Source of the DNA: Hydrolagus affinis | Taxonomy: Eukaryota | Assembly (NCBI GenBank): GCA_012026655.1 | Contig: JAAILG010001047.1 | Span: 1-64,000 of the forward strand | DNA: 64,000 nucleotides | Reading direction: 5' to 3' | Shown: piece by piece, positions 36,961-49,724 of the stretch | Layout of the letters: each line of letters begins with the position of its first letter | How positions within the stretch are numbered: the first letter of the stretch is position 1 | The notes under the pieces: generated by a model | The model's input: only the letters and a program-made list of their open reading frames with translations | Database searches by the model: none | What the model was told of the DNA's origin: nothing | Translations under genes and position numbers: made by a program

Positions 36961-38574
36961 CAGGAAAAATCTATAGTAATTTAATGAGGAGAGCTGCAAG
37001 CTTAATAATCAGTTGTCACAGTTGTCTGTTCTGATCCTGATACTGTATAACATTAAATCTGTTACCAAACATCCTTTTTAAAAAAAAACTCAATATTTTC
37101 CTGCCCAAATCCCTCCCTCCGACACACACACTCTCTACTGAAGCTAGCAACTAACAGTTATATCAGCTTTCACTTTGAACAGAGAAGCAGTGGGCTGGCT
37201 ATTCAATAGCGGCAGCCATCATAGACAAACCCAATACCCACGCAAGTAGCCTTTTTCGGCAGGGATCTCTGAAGAGGCATCAGAAGCAACAAATCTGATT
37301 GTTTTCCCAATCTCCTAATCCCAGCCTCCTGGTACTGACTCAATAAAATCAGATCAGTAAGTCTCACTGCATGCCAGGAAACATACCTTGATTCAAGCTC
37401 TGCATCGTTCAGCATAGAAAAACACAGCATATCCATCGGGCCATCAGGACGTGTGGATCAGGTGAACTTTCCACACTGTTTAGTGGCGATTGCCCTAGTG
37501 TTAAAATGTATTTGCCGTTTGTGATGCGATGGTAATGGAACTCTTAGCACGTGCAGTGTCACACAAGAGCAGGATGTGGGTTTATGACTCCATCTCTACA
37601 CACCACGATTCCTAATCTCAACACACAACATGAAGCGGGACTAAAGAAGTAATTGGCCTTGTACAAAACCACAGATGGTTTGTAAGCTTTACCCCTAGAT
37701 ATTTAAACACTTGCAATCTACTTGAAAGCGAAATAAAAGCTTTGATCCCAGAGGGTGAAGGGGGCCAAATTCAACCGGGGCCAACTTGACCTAATCGAGA
37801 TCGGCAGGTCAGATATATATTTCACCAATTCAGTTTTAGTTGCATTCAGGATTAAAACTAACCTGGATAAAAAAATCAATCATTTGATCATTCATTTCAC
37901 TGGCTTTTTTGTTGGACATTACAATGAGCAAAGTACAGTTATTACACTTCACAGTAACTCCTTGTGTCGTACTTGGGAGACATCTTCCCGATGAGAAAGG
38001 TCATTACAACAACAACAAAATTACATCTATGAAATGCCTTTCACATCGGACACTATAATAATTGCAAGGATTATTGAAAAATTAATAACGTGCAAAAGCC
38101 TTATACTGAAGATTTCTTCCACGTTTTAGGAATTGGTATTCATATATTGGAATATTATTATCATTGAGAACAAACTATTTAGGTTCATGTTTGTTTGTGT
38201 GCTGTCATTGTAAAGTGGATCTATTCTTTAAGTGTTGTTCTTGGGTGTATGGACTGCTGGGTAAAACATCCTGCCTTTGGTTATAGTCTGAAATTCCGAA
38301 ACTGTCTTTAGTAATTTTAGCAAACTGAAACATCTCAAAAGTCTGTATGCACTTAAACATCTTGTAAAAACTTTATTCTACATGCAAAACACTCAGTTTA
38401 AAAAGATTACTTCTTCTACAAAAATCATGCAATGGTGGGTAGTGTCTCTGTGTCCTTGAGCTGTGGGTTGAGAAAGGACGTGGGGGGTTGTGGTTTGAGG
38501 AAGGATGTGAGGGGAGGTGGGGAGAAAAATGAGCAAGTTTCGTTCCAATGACCTATGCTAGAAGGAGAGAGTGT

Positions 38575-38690
38575 GTAGAAGTTGGGTGAAGACAGGATCA
38601 GGTTTGGCTACAAAGCACTCTGGGATGGAATAGATTGCTGGCACTTACTGTTGTGCTCATACATGAACAGCCACACGGGTGAAAGACCTA
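38575..38690 (+). mobile_element. Fragment of an old unclassified interspersed repeat
   Basis: GGTGAAGACAGGATCAGG...CACTTACTG...CATACATGAA resembles 40420-40520 and 42860-42925. Confidence 0.4.
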
Positions 38691-40929
38691 TGCCTATGAA
38701 ATCCAGGCCGACATGGGCCAGCACTTTCAGGAGAAAACTGAGAAATAGGGAAAACCAAGCTTGGTCAAAAAATATATATAAAGCACACAAAGCAACCAAA
38801 CTCACCCGGTCATATTCATTTGGAACTTAATCACACGTAGTTTATCTAAATAGTTGAAATTACCTTCTATTTTTTTCCTAGGCTTATATGGACAAAAACA
38901 TCTCTGATCTGAAGAAAAACATTCCAGCTCCAGGAATAATAACTATCTTTGGGAAGAATAAGGTGCTGCTGTCGGAATCAATTCTCTGTTAGCAATCTAG
39001 TCCCAAACTTTCTTTTTTTTGTGAGAACTGTCAGCTACCCAAATCTTAGTAATCCGCAATAGAAATTCTTCTGGAGCCTGAGGCAGTCTGCACACACACC
39101 CACACACACACAAACACCCACAAACACACCTCAGACTCAATACACAGCACATGACACAGGGTGCTTTACTCGTAGTTAGTAGCCTGCCGGTGAAAACATA
39201 TTCTGTACGAGAATAGCACATCACAAAACACCAAAGTGCTTCACAGTTTTACTGCTACTGCAGTGACCCATCTTGTGTAGCCATTTGGACACAGCAAAAT
39301 CTCCATGGGGCAAATTAACCTTTTAATCTGGAGTAACGGTAGGTCAGGAAAGCATCTATGAGGTACAAAACACAAAACTTCCCAAGACCACAAGTTAGCA
39401 CTTGGCAAGTGAACGAAAACATCTCTCTTTGCTGGCAGAGAAATTTCTTGCCAGTGGATGGGGAGAAAGAGGCGGGAGGGGGAGAATGGAAATCATTGTC
39501 TTGAGGACAGCCTGCTTCACATCAAGCTCCCATCTCTGCATGTTTCAGGATGAAAACACTTCAGCATTAGATGTGTACAGCTTCCACGCAGAATGCTGGA
39601 TGCAAACAGGTGCACAGTGGCACCTGAGGACAACTCACTGCCTATGTGTGGAAGTAAGGCATGGAAATAAGCCAATACATTGCTTCCCCGTACTTAAAGC
39701 AGCCACCGACCGCATTTAGACTTGTAACTGAAGACTCAGTAGTGCTGAAGGTTTAATGATTGAGGCTGCTTTCATCTATTATAAAGTCACATGGGATTTT
39801 AGAATGAAATGGTACACTGACATTTAAAAGTGTAACCCGTGCCAAATATTTCTATACTTAAAAAGCATATATAATTAAGTGCAAGAAGCAAAATGGGTGT
39901 AACTGGATTTTCCTGCAAAACTATTTTCTATGTAATAAAGATTCCAATCAGGTAATGAAATCTACAATCTAAATCTATATTAGTAATCCAATGTTACTGA
40001 ATATAAATGGTTCATGTTGATGGGGAAGAACAGGATGTCAAACTAGATAACATACAGGATGTGTCCATGACATTGATTTAAGATTAATTAGCTTTTTTTC
40101 CCCAGAGTGGATATTACTGTATAATAAATTGTCATGTTTCCACAAATACCTTGTGTTTAGCTTCAAAACAAAATGCTTCCTTAATGACTGTCAACCTGGG
40201 ATTGAGAGATGACTCTTTAACGAGAACATAAGAAAGCAATAAGCTAATAAGGGTAGCCCAGATGATGTAGTGGAGTGAGCTGTAGGTTTCAAATCCTAGT
40301 CTATGCTTGGTTTTCTAGTCACTGGGGGCCACATTGGGAGGCACAATAGGCCTCAACCTTTCCAGTATTAAGAGACTAAAATAGCCAATTTCTGATGCTG
40401 GTTCTTCTACTGTTAGTGCATGTGTCAGGCAGATGAGGAGAGGTCAAGCTGAGGTATCAAACCCTCTACAGCCAATCAGCCTGTGCACATTGCAGAGGCT
40501 CACATGGGAAAAACAGCTACCACCGCATATGCCAATGGGGAGGAAAATACCTGGAAACCTTTTTCTAAAAGCGTGGGAAGAGAATGATTAAAAGATGTAT
40601 CACGCTTGGTTCTTTCATTTTTTCACTGACTCAACCCAATCCATTCCCTTTCCTAAGAGAAGATTCTGCTTAGTTTCTCTTTCTACAAATCACTTTAAAC
40701 CTACCTCTCTATCAAACTCAGTTAACCTCTAGGGGAGACATTCTGTAAATCCACATATATAGGAAAGAGCATTTATGTTCTGCAAATGTTTGTCCCAGAA
40801 CCCAAAGAAAATGCAACAAAACCTTTTAATAACTATCCATCCTTTATACTTAATTATAGCTTCTATAATTATTATTATTATTATTATCATCATCAAATGA
40901 CATGGAATATTTCGGTTTCATTGGTTAGG

Positions 40930-41097
40930 TATAACCCTATGATGTCCAATCCTGGCATCGCAAAAGAAAGTCTGCATTCGATTAACCGGAATTTATCTGG
41001 AAAGATGCATTGAAATTTTTTTTTGTGTGTGTTTTCGGCCGAATATCCAGCAGGCGCTTTAACCGGCATTGGCCAGGTTCCTAGGGTGCTTTTACTG
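40930..41097 (-). mobile_element. Partial Tc1/mariner-type MITE (CAGTAAAAGC family)
   Basis: Aligns with 62873-63082; ends GCTTTTACTG|TA with a short deletion in the TIR. Confidence 0.8.
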
Positions 41098-43455
41098 TAT
41101 TGAGTTTTTTTTCTTGAAGGAATTATATTATTATTAACCAACATTTATTATTGATGAGAGTCTGCCTGCACCTTTCCACTCAAATTCAGGTTTATGGTTA
41201 TTAAGGAAGCAATTTGTTTCAATTTGTTTGTCTGCTTAATATCCACTCTTGGAACAAATAAATTAATCTTACATCAACTTCTTGCTTGAGAATGACTAAT
41301 TTTGTGCTACAGTTCTATATTCACAAATGTTTAAATAGTTTACTGGAATTATTTATGCCTCTCATCATTTTAGAGACCAGTTTTGAGTATTTTGTCAATG
41401 AAAATAAACTTTGATCCCTGTTCCTCTCCCCCTGACTCCAGGGATCACTTTGGCCCCAACCTACAACCTGGATATTCTCCAACAATTTATTAATAAAAGC
41501 AATAATATCCTTACATTTAATATGGTGCCTTTCACATTGGGAGGGAATCTTAAAGTGCTTCACATGATTTCCATTAAGTGGAGGATTATGTATTTTATTG
41601 GCGAACAGAATAGCCAATTTGTGCACAGCAATGACGTTACAAAACAACCACAAAGTGAATGGCCGATTTCATTTGGAAGATTATTGGCCAGGAAATTTTG
41701 ATCCTATCAGAGCATCCCCAAATAATATACAATCTTTAGCATCTGGCCTCATCAGCCATTTACACAAATAATAGTCCATTAATCTGCCATTTTAGAGTAC
41801 CTTCATTTTATATACCACATTGTTGCTGCATAAACTTGGTTATAAGCCTATTGATTTATTCTCCCCTTCAGGATACCGATTATGCAACATTATTTGGGCA
41901 CGTGACTTAAATATAGAGTGGGCCAAATGCTTGGCTCATGAGAACCCCATATTGCAGTGGGGGAGAAGTGTATTTCTTGCTGGTAATAAACAATATTAAA
42001 AGACATGCTCAACACTGACATGTTGAGCTTTGCCACTGAATATTCCCCCTGCGCTACGCTACTGCTCCATCTATTCCCACTTGTCCTATTTGCACTCTTC
42101 ACTTCTATTCTTTGCTCACTCACACGCCCAGTTCATAACTCACAATTTAAAACTTAAAAGTTTTTACTCTTTCTCTCACTCAGCAGAACATCCCCCTGCT
42201 GGTTTACACTTCTTAGCTTTTCAGCTGGTTAATTACCGCCTGGAGACTATCCCGTGAGCAGACAGTGCAACTTGTGTTACCTTTCCTTTTGGCTTTCAAC
42301 TGGAACACAATATTTTAATATAAAAATATAACATCAGTGGAACATTTTCGATTGGTGGTTACTTCTGTCTTTATTGAAGAGTAAAGTGCCACTCACTACT
42401 ATGTGAAGAAAAGTAAGGGCAGAAAGACAAATTGCTAATCCAAGTGGAGCTGGCCAAAGATACATGTGAGCAGAACATGATCTATTCAGCTCCTCACGTA
42501 AGATATAGACAGACTCCTTTGTGCTTTTGGTTTTCAAAGGGCAAAGCAGTTTACAAACATTGTCTATTTAGCCAGAAAGTGGCCCAAATTGCTTTTTGCC
42601 ACATTTTTCCATCCCTCCGCATTTTCCATCTCTCCTTCTTCTGAAGTTGGTGCCTTGTGCTGCAGTTTAGTCTGACAAATGCCAGCTACACTCTGATACC
42701 TTACCCAAGGAAGTGTAAACTTAGACAACAGGTTATTCAACACACCAATTTGGTCCCAACACAAATGCACCTTCCAAGTAAGATTTAATGGATGGCAGTC
42801 GAGAAGAAACTTGCATTTTTAGGACACCTCCTCATCACATTACAACCTGCCTGGCTGCGATAACCCTTCAGTGAAATAAACTAAACACTCACTGTCAAGC
42901 ATATGAAGAATGACAATATGGTTGGTGAACTAGAAGACCAACAATGCCCATGGAGCCAGGAGAAGAGTCAAACAGCTTTAGGAGAGATGGGGTTGAAGGA
43001 AAATCAGAAGAGAAAGTTGATGAAGAGTAAGAAATATTTGTGTATTGATTTTTAGTAGTACTAATAATAATAATCCTTGCATTAGGTAGAGTGCCTTTCA
43101 CATCATGATGACTTCTCAAAGTGCCTTATAGGATTTTTCAGTGAATGACTCTGTATTTGTAGGTGAAGTAGCAGTAAATAATGGGGAAACAGGAGGGGAA
43201 AGCAAACAAGTAACGGAACAAAGTGATTGGGCATCAGATGGGCTGGTGAATGCAAATTGGAATTTTTTTTTAAAAAAAGAGATCAGCGAAAGATCCTGAA
43301 ATAAGCAAAGGGGATACCAGCAAAGTTACAATCTTATAATAAAATAGAATTTTCTTTGCAACCAGCAAATAATTATTTCCAGGCTGCCTGTCTCCAGGAG
43401 CTCACCAGGACCATCTGTGGGAGCTGGACTGCTGTAACACTTTTCCAGCTGTGCA

Positions 43456-43505
43456 ACAACAACAAAATTACATTCAGAGAGCGCCTTTCATGTCGGGAGG
43501 ATGTA
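43456..43505 (-). mobile_element. 50-bp L2 family-A insertion with TSD
   Basis: (CAA)n tail + partial stem-loop, flanked by CTGTGCA at 43449-43455 and 43506-43512. Confidence 0.85.
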
Positions 43506-43593
43506 CTGTGCAGACTGCCTTTGTGTACCACCGTAAAGCTGCAGCAGGCTTTTGTCTTATATTTGGGACCCCCAAACAATACAAAGAATTATT

Positions 43594-43985
43594 AATAATA
43601 ATATAATCATCCTTACACTTGAAATAAGGCCTTTCAGGTTTGGAGGACAACTCAAAGTGCTTCACTGTAAAGGGCAGTGACTATATTTTGCAGGTGAATC
43701 TGGCAGCCAATTTGCATACAGTATTGTCCCACAAACAATCAATGAAGTGAATGATCAATATTGTTCAGGGAACTGTTGTCCAAGACACTGGTAGAGAATC
43801 CCCTCTCTTCATGACTGGTGGTATGGATTAACATCTCATCCAAACGACAGCATGTCCAACCTCACAACAAAATGTCAGCACTGCATCGGAATATCAGCTT
43901 AGTCTATGCAGATTCAAAGTTCCAATGCAGATCTTGAAGCCATAACTTTCTGACTCAGAAGGCAACTGTGCTGCAATCTGAGCCA
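43594..43985 (-). mobile_element. Near full-length old Deu-type SINE
   Basis: Tail, GGCAGCCAATTTG, TTAACATCTCATCCAAA, CAGCACTGCATCGG, and head TTCTGACTCAGAAGGC...CTGAGCCA. Confidence 0.78.
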
Positions 43986-44129
43986 GGCGGATACACAATT
44001 TGGATCAGCATGTGCCTTAACGTGGGAGGTTTTATGGAAGGAAATGATTTAATTCCAAACCCTGTACAATTTCTCAGCCTGGCAGTCCTTAACCGCACCC
44101 AGAATAGGAAATGTGAAAAATGTGAGGTG

Positions 44130-44890
44130 AATTTTTAGGATATTAATAATAATCACCTCCTTCATCCATACCAACACAGCCACTCCCTTTCCTTTAGCAA
44201 ACACTGGCTTTCTCAACATCTCCCACTCACTCTATCTACCTCACTATCAGTGGTCAGGCTTTCAGCTACTTAGCACTCACTCTCTGGAACTCCATTCCCA
44301 AGTCCTGTTGACTTCCTCCATAATGCCGTTCTTTCAAGGTTCACCTGAAAATGTACCATTTGACAACCCATTTGGTCGTGTTTCCCCTCCACACCCCACT
44401 CAGCTTGGGTACATAGCCAGAATTGCCAGGTGCTTAGGACATCCTCCCGATGTGAAAGTACTGAATAAGTGTAAAACATAAATTGTAGCATATAAATCAA
44501 AAACAACATATTCTTAGACTATTTTTCTCCTCCAATGGCTGCAACTCCAATGGTGGCTCTCCAAGATGGACTGCTGTGCTCCACTCTCCACAAGCTCCAA
44601 CTCATCCGAAACTCTGGAGCTCTTATCATCCCCAACCTAACCCTATCATCACCAGGCTCCATCAGCCACCAGTATGCCTTCAGTATGACTTCAAAAAATG
44701 TTTCTTCACAATATCATCCTTCCAATCCTCAAGATCTATTTTGCCACCTGTGCTCCCTACCTTTCCGAATCTAGCCTCTTTGCTCATGCCTCACTCCCAC
44801 AATTGTTGGTCGAGTCTTCAGTAAATAATGTTCCTGCCCTACTCTGTCCCAAATCTTTGTCTTTCTCTCACTCTCTTTGTCTTCAAAACT
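44130..44890 (+). mobile_element. Two adjacent old L2 fragments
   Basis: GGCTTTCAGCTACTTAGCAC..CTCTGGAACTCCATTCC with family-A end at 44425-44490; CTCCACAAGCTCCAACTCATCCGAAACTCTG (LHKLQLIRNS) at 44585. Confidence 0.7.
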
Positions 44891-45538
44891 CCCAAGTAAC
44901 TAATGGGGAGAAATCCCATCTGGGTCCAGATTGATTCTATTTCTATGTCACATTTCAGAGCATCCAGAATTTGGCAAATTCTCCCAAACAGCCTTAACCT
45001 AATTCCTCCCTAAATCTCTTTGACTGTGCCGTTGAACTCTCATTTCTCTCCTCCACAATTCTCCCTGAAGATCTTCTTGACATTCATTTTGTAGGTGATC
45101 CCTTATAAAATACTATGTCACTACACTTCACAGTAAATCCCGCAAAGCACTTTGAGACATCCTACTGACATGGAAGGAGCTTCCATGTCAGGATTATAAT
45201 AATAATCCTTTCATACCAAATGCAAGGATTATTATTAAACATAAAAGGCACTACATAAATGTGAGCTATCATTGACAATGATCACATTGCATGTTTCAGT
45301 TTTCACTCCTGATTCTCCAAACAAAGTCGCTTTGATCTGTGAATCATCTCTGCACAATTTGATGGATATTAAATATAAAAGCTCCCCCGAGAGTTGTGGT
45401 TGTGGTTGTGGTCTACACTGAGTCAGCCTTGCAGCGTGAGTGACCATTTTCACACTTACCAAGATGTGAGCCCACATCTGTAAGCTATTTTAGGACCTTC
45501 TGGCCAGATGCAGAAACTTGTCACAGTGGATAAATTGG

Positions 45539-45670
45539 TATTAATTTACCACACGTGTGGGCTGAGACTCAGTGGATCATTTTCTATTGATGGGATCACA
45601 TCCCCTGTGAACATTAGCAGATATAATAGTATCTATTGAATTACCACACACCCACGTGGGATAAGTAATA
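45539..45670. repeat. Degenerate palindromic (foldback) element
   Basis: Centre TCACA-TCCCC-TGTGA (45596-45610); arms TATTAATTTACCACACGTG / CACGTGGGATAAGTAATA. Confidence 0.55.
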
Positions 45671-46169
45671 TTACTGACTGGGGAATAGGTGGGAATTCCA
45701 AATGTAATCCAATTGCAAACTGGCCTGTTTGGTTACATTTTCCAGAGGGTTATTTTCCTTATCCCATGTTCCCAAAAAGTAATTTGATATACAGATTAAA
45801 TAAAATGTTCCTGATTTATACTCATTCAAATTCTTTTCATTTTGTTTGGGAACTGGATGGCGTAAGGTCTCTCCAGAGGAGAGGGGGAGGAAACAACTTT
45901 GGCTAGATTAGGGAGACAGAAGTCATTTGCCTCTAACAGCTATTGTAGGCAATTGAGAAATTATAGCACAGAAGGAGGTCATTCATCCCATAAAGTCTAA
46001 ACTAGTCTTCACTGGAGTTCATTGCTCAAATACTTATTGCCTTATTTTTCCCCATATCCTTTTATATTGTTCCTCATCACCAAATAAATCGAGGTGTTTT
46101 CTGGATAGCATGAATCCACAGTATAAAGCTGTCTGTAAACAACACATTATACAACACACTTTGATATGG

Positions 46170-46390
46170 TGCCTTCCATGCAGGGAGGATATTTCTAGGT
46201 GTTTCACACAGGTGAGCAGGCAACTGTGGTGGGAATGGCTTTCACTTTGAAAATAACATTTGTGGGACACTGCTGAGTGTTTTGTCCACAAAATATACAG
46301 TCAATTCATTTTACAGTATATTCTGTGAAGTGCTTTGGGAAGTCTAAAAGGCATGAAAAATGCTATGTGAAATGCAAGGATTATTATAAC
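46170..46390 (+). mobile_element. SINE 3' part
   Basis: CACAAAATATACAGTCAATTCATTTTACAGTATATTCTGTGAAG...GCAAGGATTATTA. Confidence 0.8.
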
Positions 46391-47259
46391 ATGGGATATT
46401 TTCAGCACAGATGGAAGTCATTTGTCACTGTTACCCATTTTCTCGTAGCACTTTCTTCATTAATCCCACTTGTTTGTCTACACTACACGAATAATAATAA
46501 TCGTTTCATCTCATCTACTACATTTCACGTTGTGATAGAGTCTTGAATTGCTTCACAGCATATATTGTAAAGTGTAATGGCCGTGTATTTTGTTTGGCAT
46601 AAATCAAGAAATATTTATTTTGTTGGCCGACCAAAAAGGTTGGACATTTAATAACCTGCTACAGTATTATTTCCAGCTCTTCCCACGTCTCCCTGATCTT
46701 GAAGGCATGGATATCTGTTGGGAAGTGAAATGAGCTTCACTCTGCCCATGTGAAGGATGACCCGGGAGAGCTTGAACAGTAATAATAATAAAAATAATAA
46801 CAATAATGATGGAAAAGTATTTTTTTCCCAGCAATGACACCTACTCACCATAATAAACGTAACTCTTTACCTAACACATAAATACTGTATGTATAACAGA
46901 TTGTGGTCTGGAAATTGCTCTACACACAACGTACAAGCTTGTTACCATTGGTGATAAATTCAATTCCAATCATTTCTGTCCTTTTCTCTAACTTGCATTG
47001 ACTAACCAGCACAGATTAAGCACACATCCAGTGCACATCTGGCAACAGCTGTAGCTCATGTTCCCATTGCCAGTGTGGAAAACATCAGAGATGTTAACAG
47101 GCCAACAATCTCTTTTATAAAAAAAAACAGCAAATTCAGCCAAACGATCTCATTTGAACTCTTTGCCGGTATGTTAGGCACAAAGGTTTGTTTTATGTAT
47201 AACAAAAGAAATGTAATAAACAGTTTATTTCCAGGTTTTGTCCAGGAGGCCATTCCAGG

Positions 47260-47260
47260 G

Positions 47261-47288
<28 letters not shown>
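47260..47288. repeat. (TC)n microsatellite
   Basis: Pure dinucleotide run. Confidence 0.95.
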
Positions 47289-47293
<5 letters not shown>

Positions 47294-47914
47294 TTCAGAC
47301 TGCTTTGTTTCTTCATTTCGCAACAGACTATCTTCCCTGAAAAAGGTTCTTCGGGGATCAAAGCACTTCACCGGAACGACTGTAAAGTTTAGTTACTGCA
47401 TCTTGTAAAAGAGACATGGATGTGCATTTTGCACACAGCAATGTCCCATAAAGTGAATGAACAATTTTATTTTGAGAAATAAATAGACCAGGACGCTGGG
47501 AGAAGCTTTAGTGAGGTTGTGCATGTGCGCACACCTCATATATCTAAGTGAACAGGTATGTCGATGGGCGGGTGGGCGATCTGCGTAGATAAATAAAGTC
47601 TTAAATTTATTGATGTCAGAGGGAACTATGTTCTGCTTGAGGCTAGACAAGTACCTTGCCCTTTCCTTGATGCTACATTGCCACATCCTCTCACACACCC
47701 AAAGTCTGTACAGCACAATGTTATCCTGAGCCAACACACTCTGCAGAGACAACCCCATTCACTGCTGCTTACCCCACCTCCAGGACCACCATTATTAACA
47801 CACTGCCCCCATCCTAAAATATGCTCGAACAAGTAGTGAAGCATTTCAAAAGGACAATCTCTGGATCACTGGGCATAGAACTGTATATGCAAAGAAGGCA
47901 ATACATGCCAGTGA

Positions 47915-48168
47915 GCAACAACAAAATTACATATTTTGTTTTTCATTGGGAGGACGTCCCAAGACACTGAACAGTCAGGTAGGGACCCGAGCGGAGGGGA
48001 GGGGGTGTCGGAGTAGGGACGAGGGGAAGGATAGTAGGAAAGGGGGGGGATTAGGAGGGCAGCAGAAGGTACGGTCTCGAAGAGGAAGGTCTTGAGACCG
48101 GTCTTGAAGGAGGAAAGGGAGAAAGTGAGGCGAAGGGATTGCGGGATGGAGTTCCGGAGTGTGGGGAC
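47915..48168 (-). mobile_element. L2 family-A 3' fragment
   Basis: Reverse complement aligns with 36175-36426 (PTL.NSIPQS...SFKT.LKT.LF). Confidence 0.88.
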
Positions 48169-48714
48169 AAAGAACACTGTCTACCCCTGTTCATAGTTCA
48201 TACACAAAGCAAACAACTACAACTACAGCACGTAAACCATTGTGAAAATCATAAATATAATTTAAAAATCTAACCAGTAATCTCATGATAATTCTTGCTT
48301 TTGAGATTAGCACCTTTTGTCAGGAGGACATCCCTAATCTTGTCAATTTACTATCCTGTAGTAATAGTACAGGTAGCAACTGTATTTTGTAGCTGAACTA
48401 GAAAAAAAACAAAGCGAATAAGCAGAAATGAAAGAAACCATTTGCATAAATAGGTGCTCACCATAGCATGCTGCTGTCTCATTATAAATTCCACAAGTAC
48501 TTTGTGGATGACTGCAGTGGTTCTAATTTAGGCTGATTGTAGAACGGTTATGTCGCTACCTCTATGTAAGGTGAAATCCCACTTTAGATGTAGTAAAAAT
48601 TCTCATTAGCTTCATCCCCCCAGTGCCTTGTCCTTTCAGAGGAGACTCATAAACCACTCGGACTTTTGCTCTCAAGATTCAAGACACCACCCGAACCCTT
48701 CAATCAAGCAGATA

Positions 48715-48885
48715 TCAATCCACGACTGTTTGTGGGGGACGCTGCTGTGCGCAATTGGCCGCCGCGGTTCACCCACATATTTACAGTCAATTTAAATTTA
48801 CAATATATTCTGTGAAGCGCTTTGAGAGATCTAGAAGATGTGAAAAGCACTATAATCAAATGCAAAGATTATTATTATGTTATTA
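48715..48885 (+). mobile_element. tRNA-SINE 3' half
   Basis: CAATCCACGACTGTTTGTGGG...TTCTGTGAAGCGCTTTGAGAGATCTAGAAGATGTGAAAAGC and ATT tail. Confidence 0.85.
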
Positions 48886-49288
48886 TGGTAACAATATTAA
48901 TGAAATAATTTGCTGTGGTGGGGTGGGTGGAGAGAGCGAAAGAGGTTTGACCAGCTTCCAATTCAGACTTGTTGATACAGCCTCCAATGTTTGGACTCAA
49001 TGGAACAATCGATAAAGACAAGGATCTGTGGGCCAGTGGGAGTGTTGCTGCAAACAAGCTATGGTGGTAATTACAGTGACACGGGTTGAGAAAGTCTCTC
49101 AGAGTCTCAGACAATTAAGATTCACAATCCAGCTGCACTCAGCAACTTGCAACTGTTGTTTGCTTCCACGTTTTAGTTAATGGAAATAAAATGAAGTCGG
49201 CAGCGTTTGTCCAAAACAAAATCGGGCCAGCTCTTTGCGAAAAATAAATCACCAATAGTTGAAAGACAAACTCGAAGAAGCCAAACCC

Positions 49289-49388
49289 NNNNNNNNNNNN
49301 NNNNNNNNNNNNNNNNNNNNNNNNNNNNNNNNNNNNNNNNNNNNNNNNNNNNNNNNNNNNNNNNNNNNNNNNNNNNNNNNNNNNNNNN
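49289..49388. other. Assembly gap
   Basis: Exactly 100 N, the usual placeholder for a gap of unknown size. Confidence 0.99.
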
Positions 49389-49498
49389 GTCTCTTCTCAG
49401 TCACCCACTATCCATTGTGTGTGTCTCCTATCTGATAAACGATTCTGGGCTAGGACACAGTGTTTGGTAATACTGCAGCATTTGTTAATATCACTTAC

Positions 49499-49724
49499 CC
49501 ACGCGGAAGTTCTGTGCTGTCAGAGTATCTGCGGCGTGGCCATTCTCACTGATCAGGGTTGTGGTGTTGCCTTGCTCACAGCTGTTGTGGCACTTTCCCT
49601 TGGTGCAGGTCACCTTGCAGATGGTGGGTGTGAAGACTACCTTGATGCGGCTGGTGTTGTTTCCCACTGTCATGAAAGGAGCCGCAGTGAGGAAGGAAAA
49701 CAAACAGATCAGCTTGATATCCAT
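49499..49724 (-). CDS. LTBP1: LTBP1 first coding exon of the short isoform (signal peptide + 4-Cys domain); 49499-49666 is the part shared with a long isoform
   Basis: ATG at 49724 gives [75 protein letters not shown], matching the recalled human LTBP1S start [39 protein letters not shown]. 226 nt; phase-1 donor G|GTAAGT at 49498. Confidence 0.95.
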
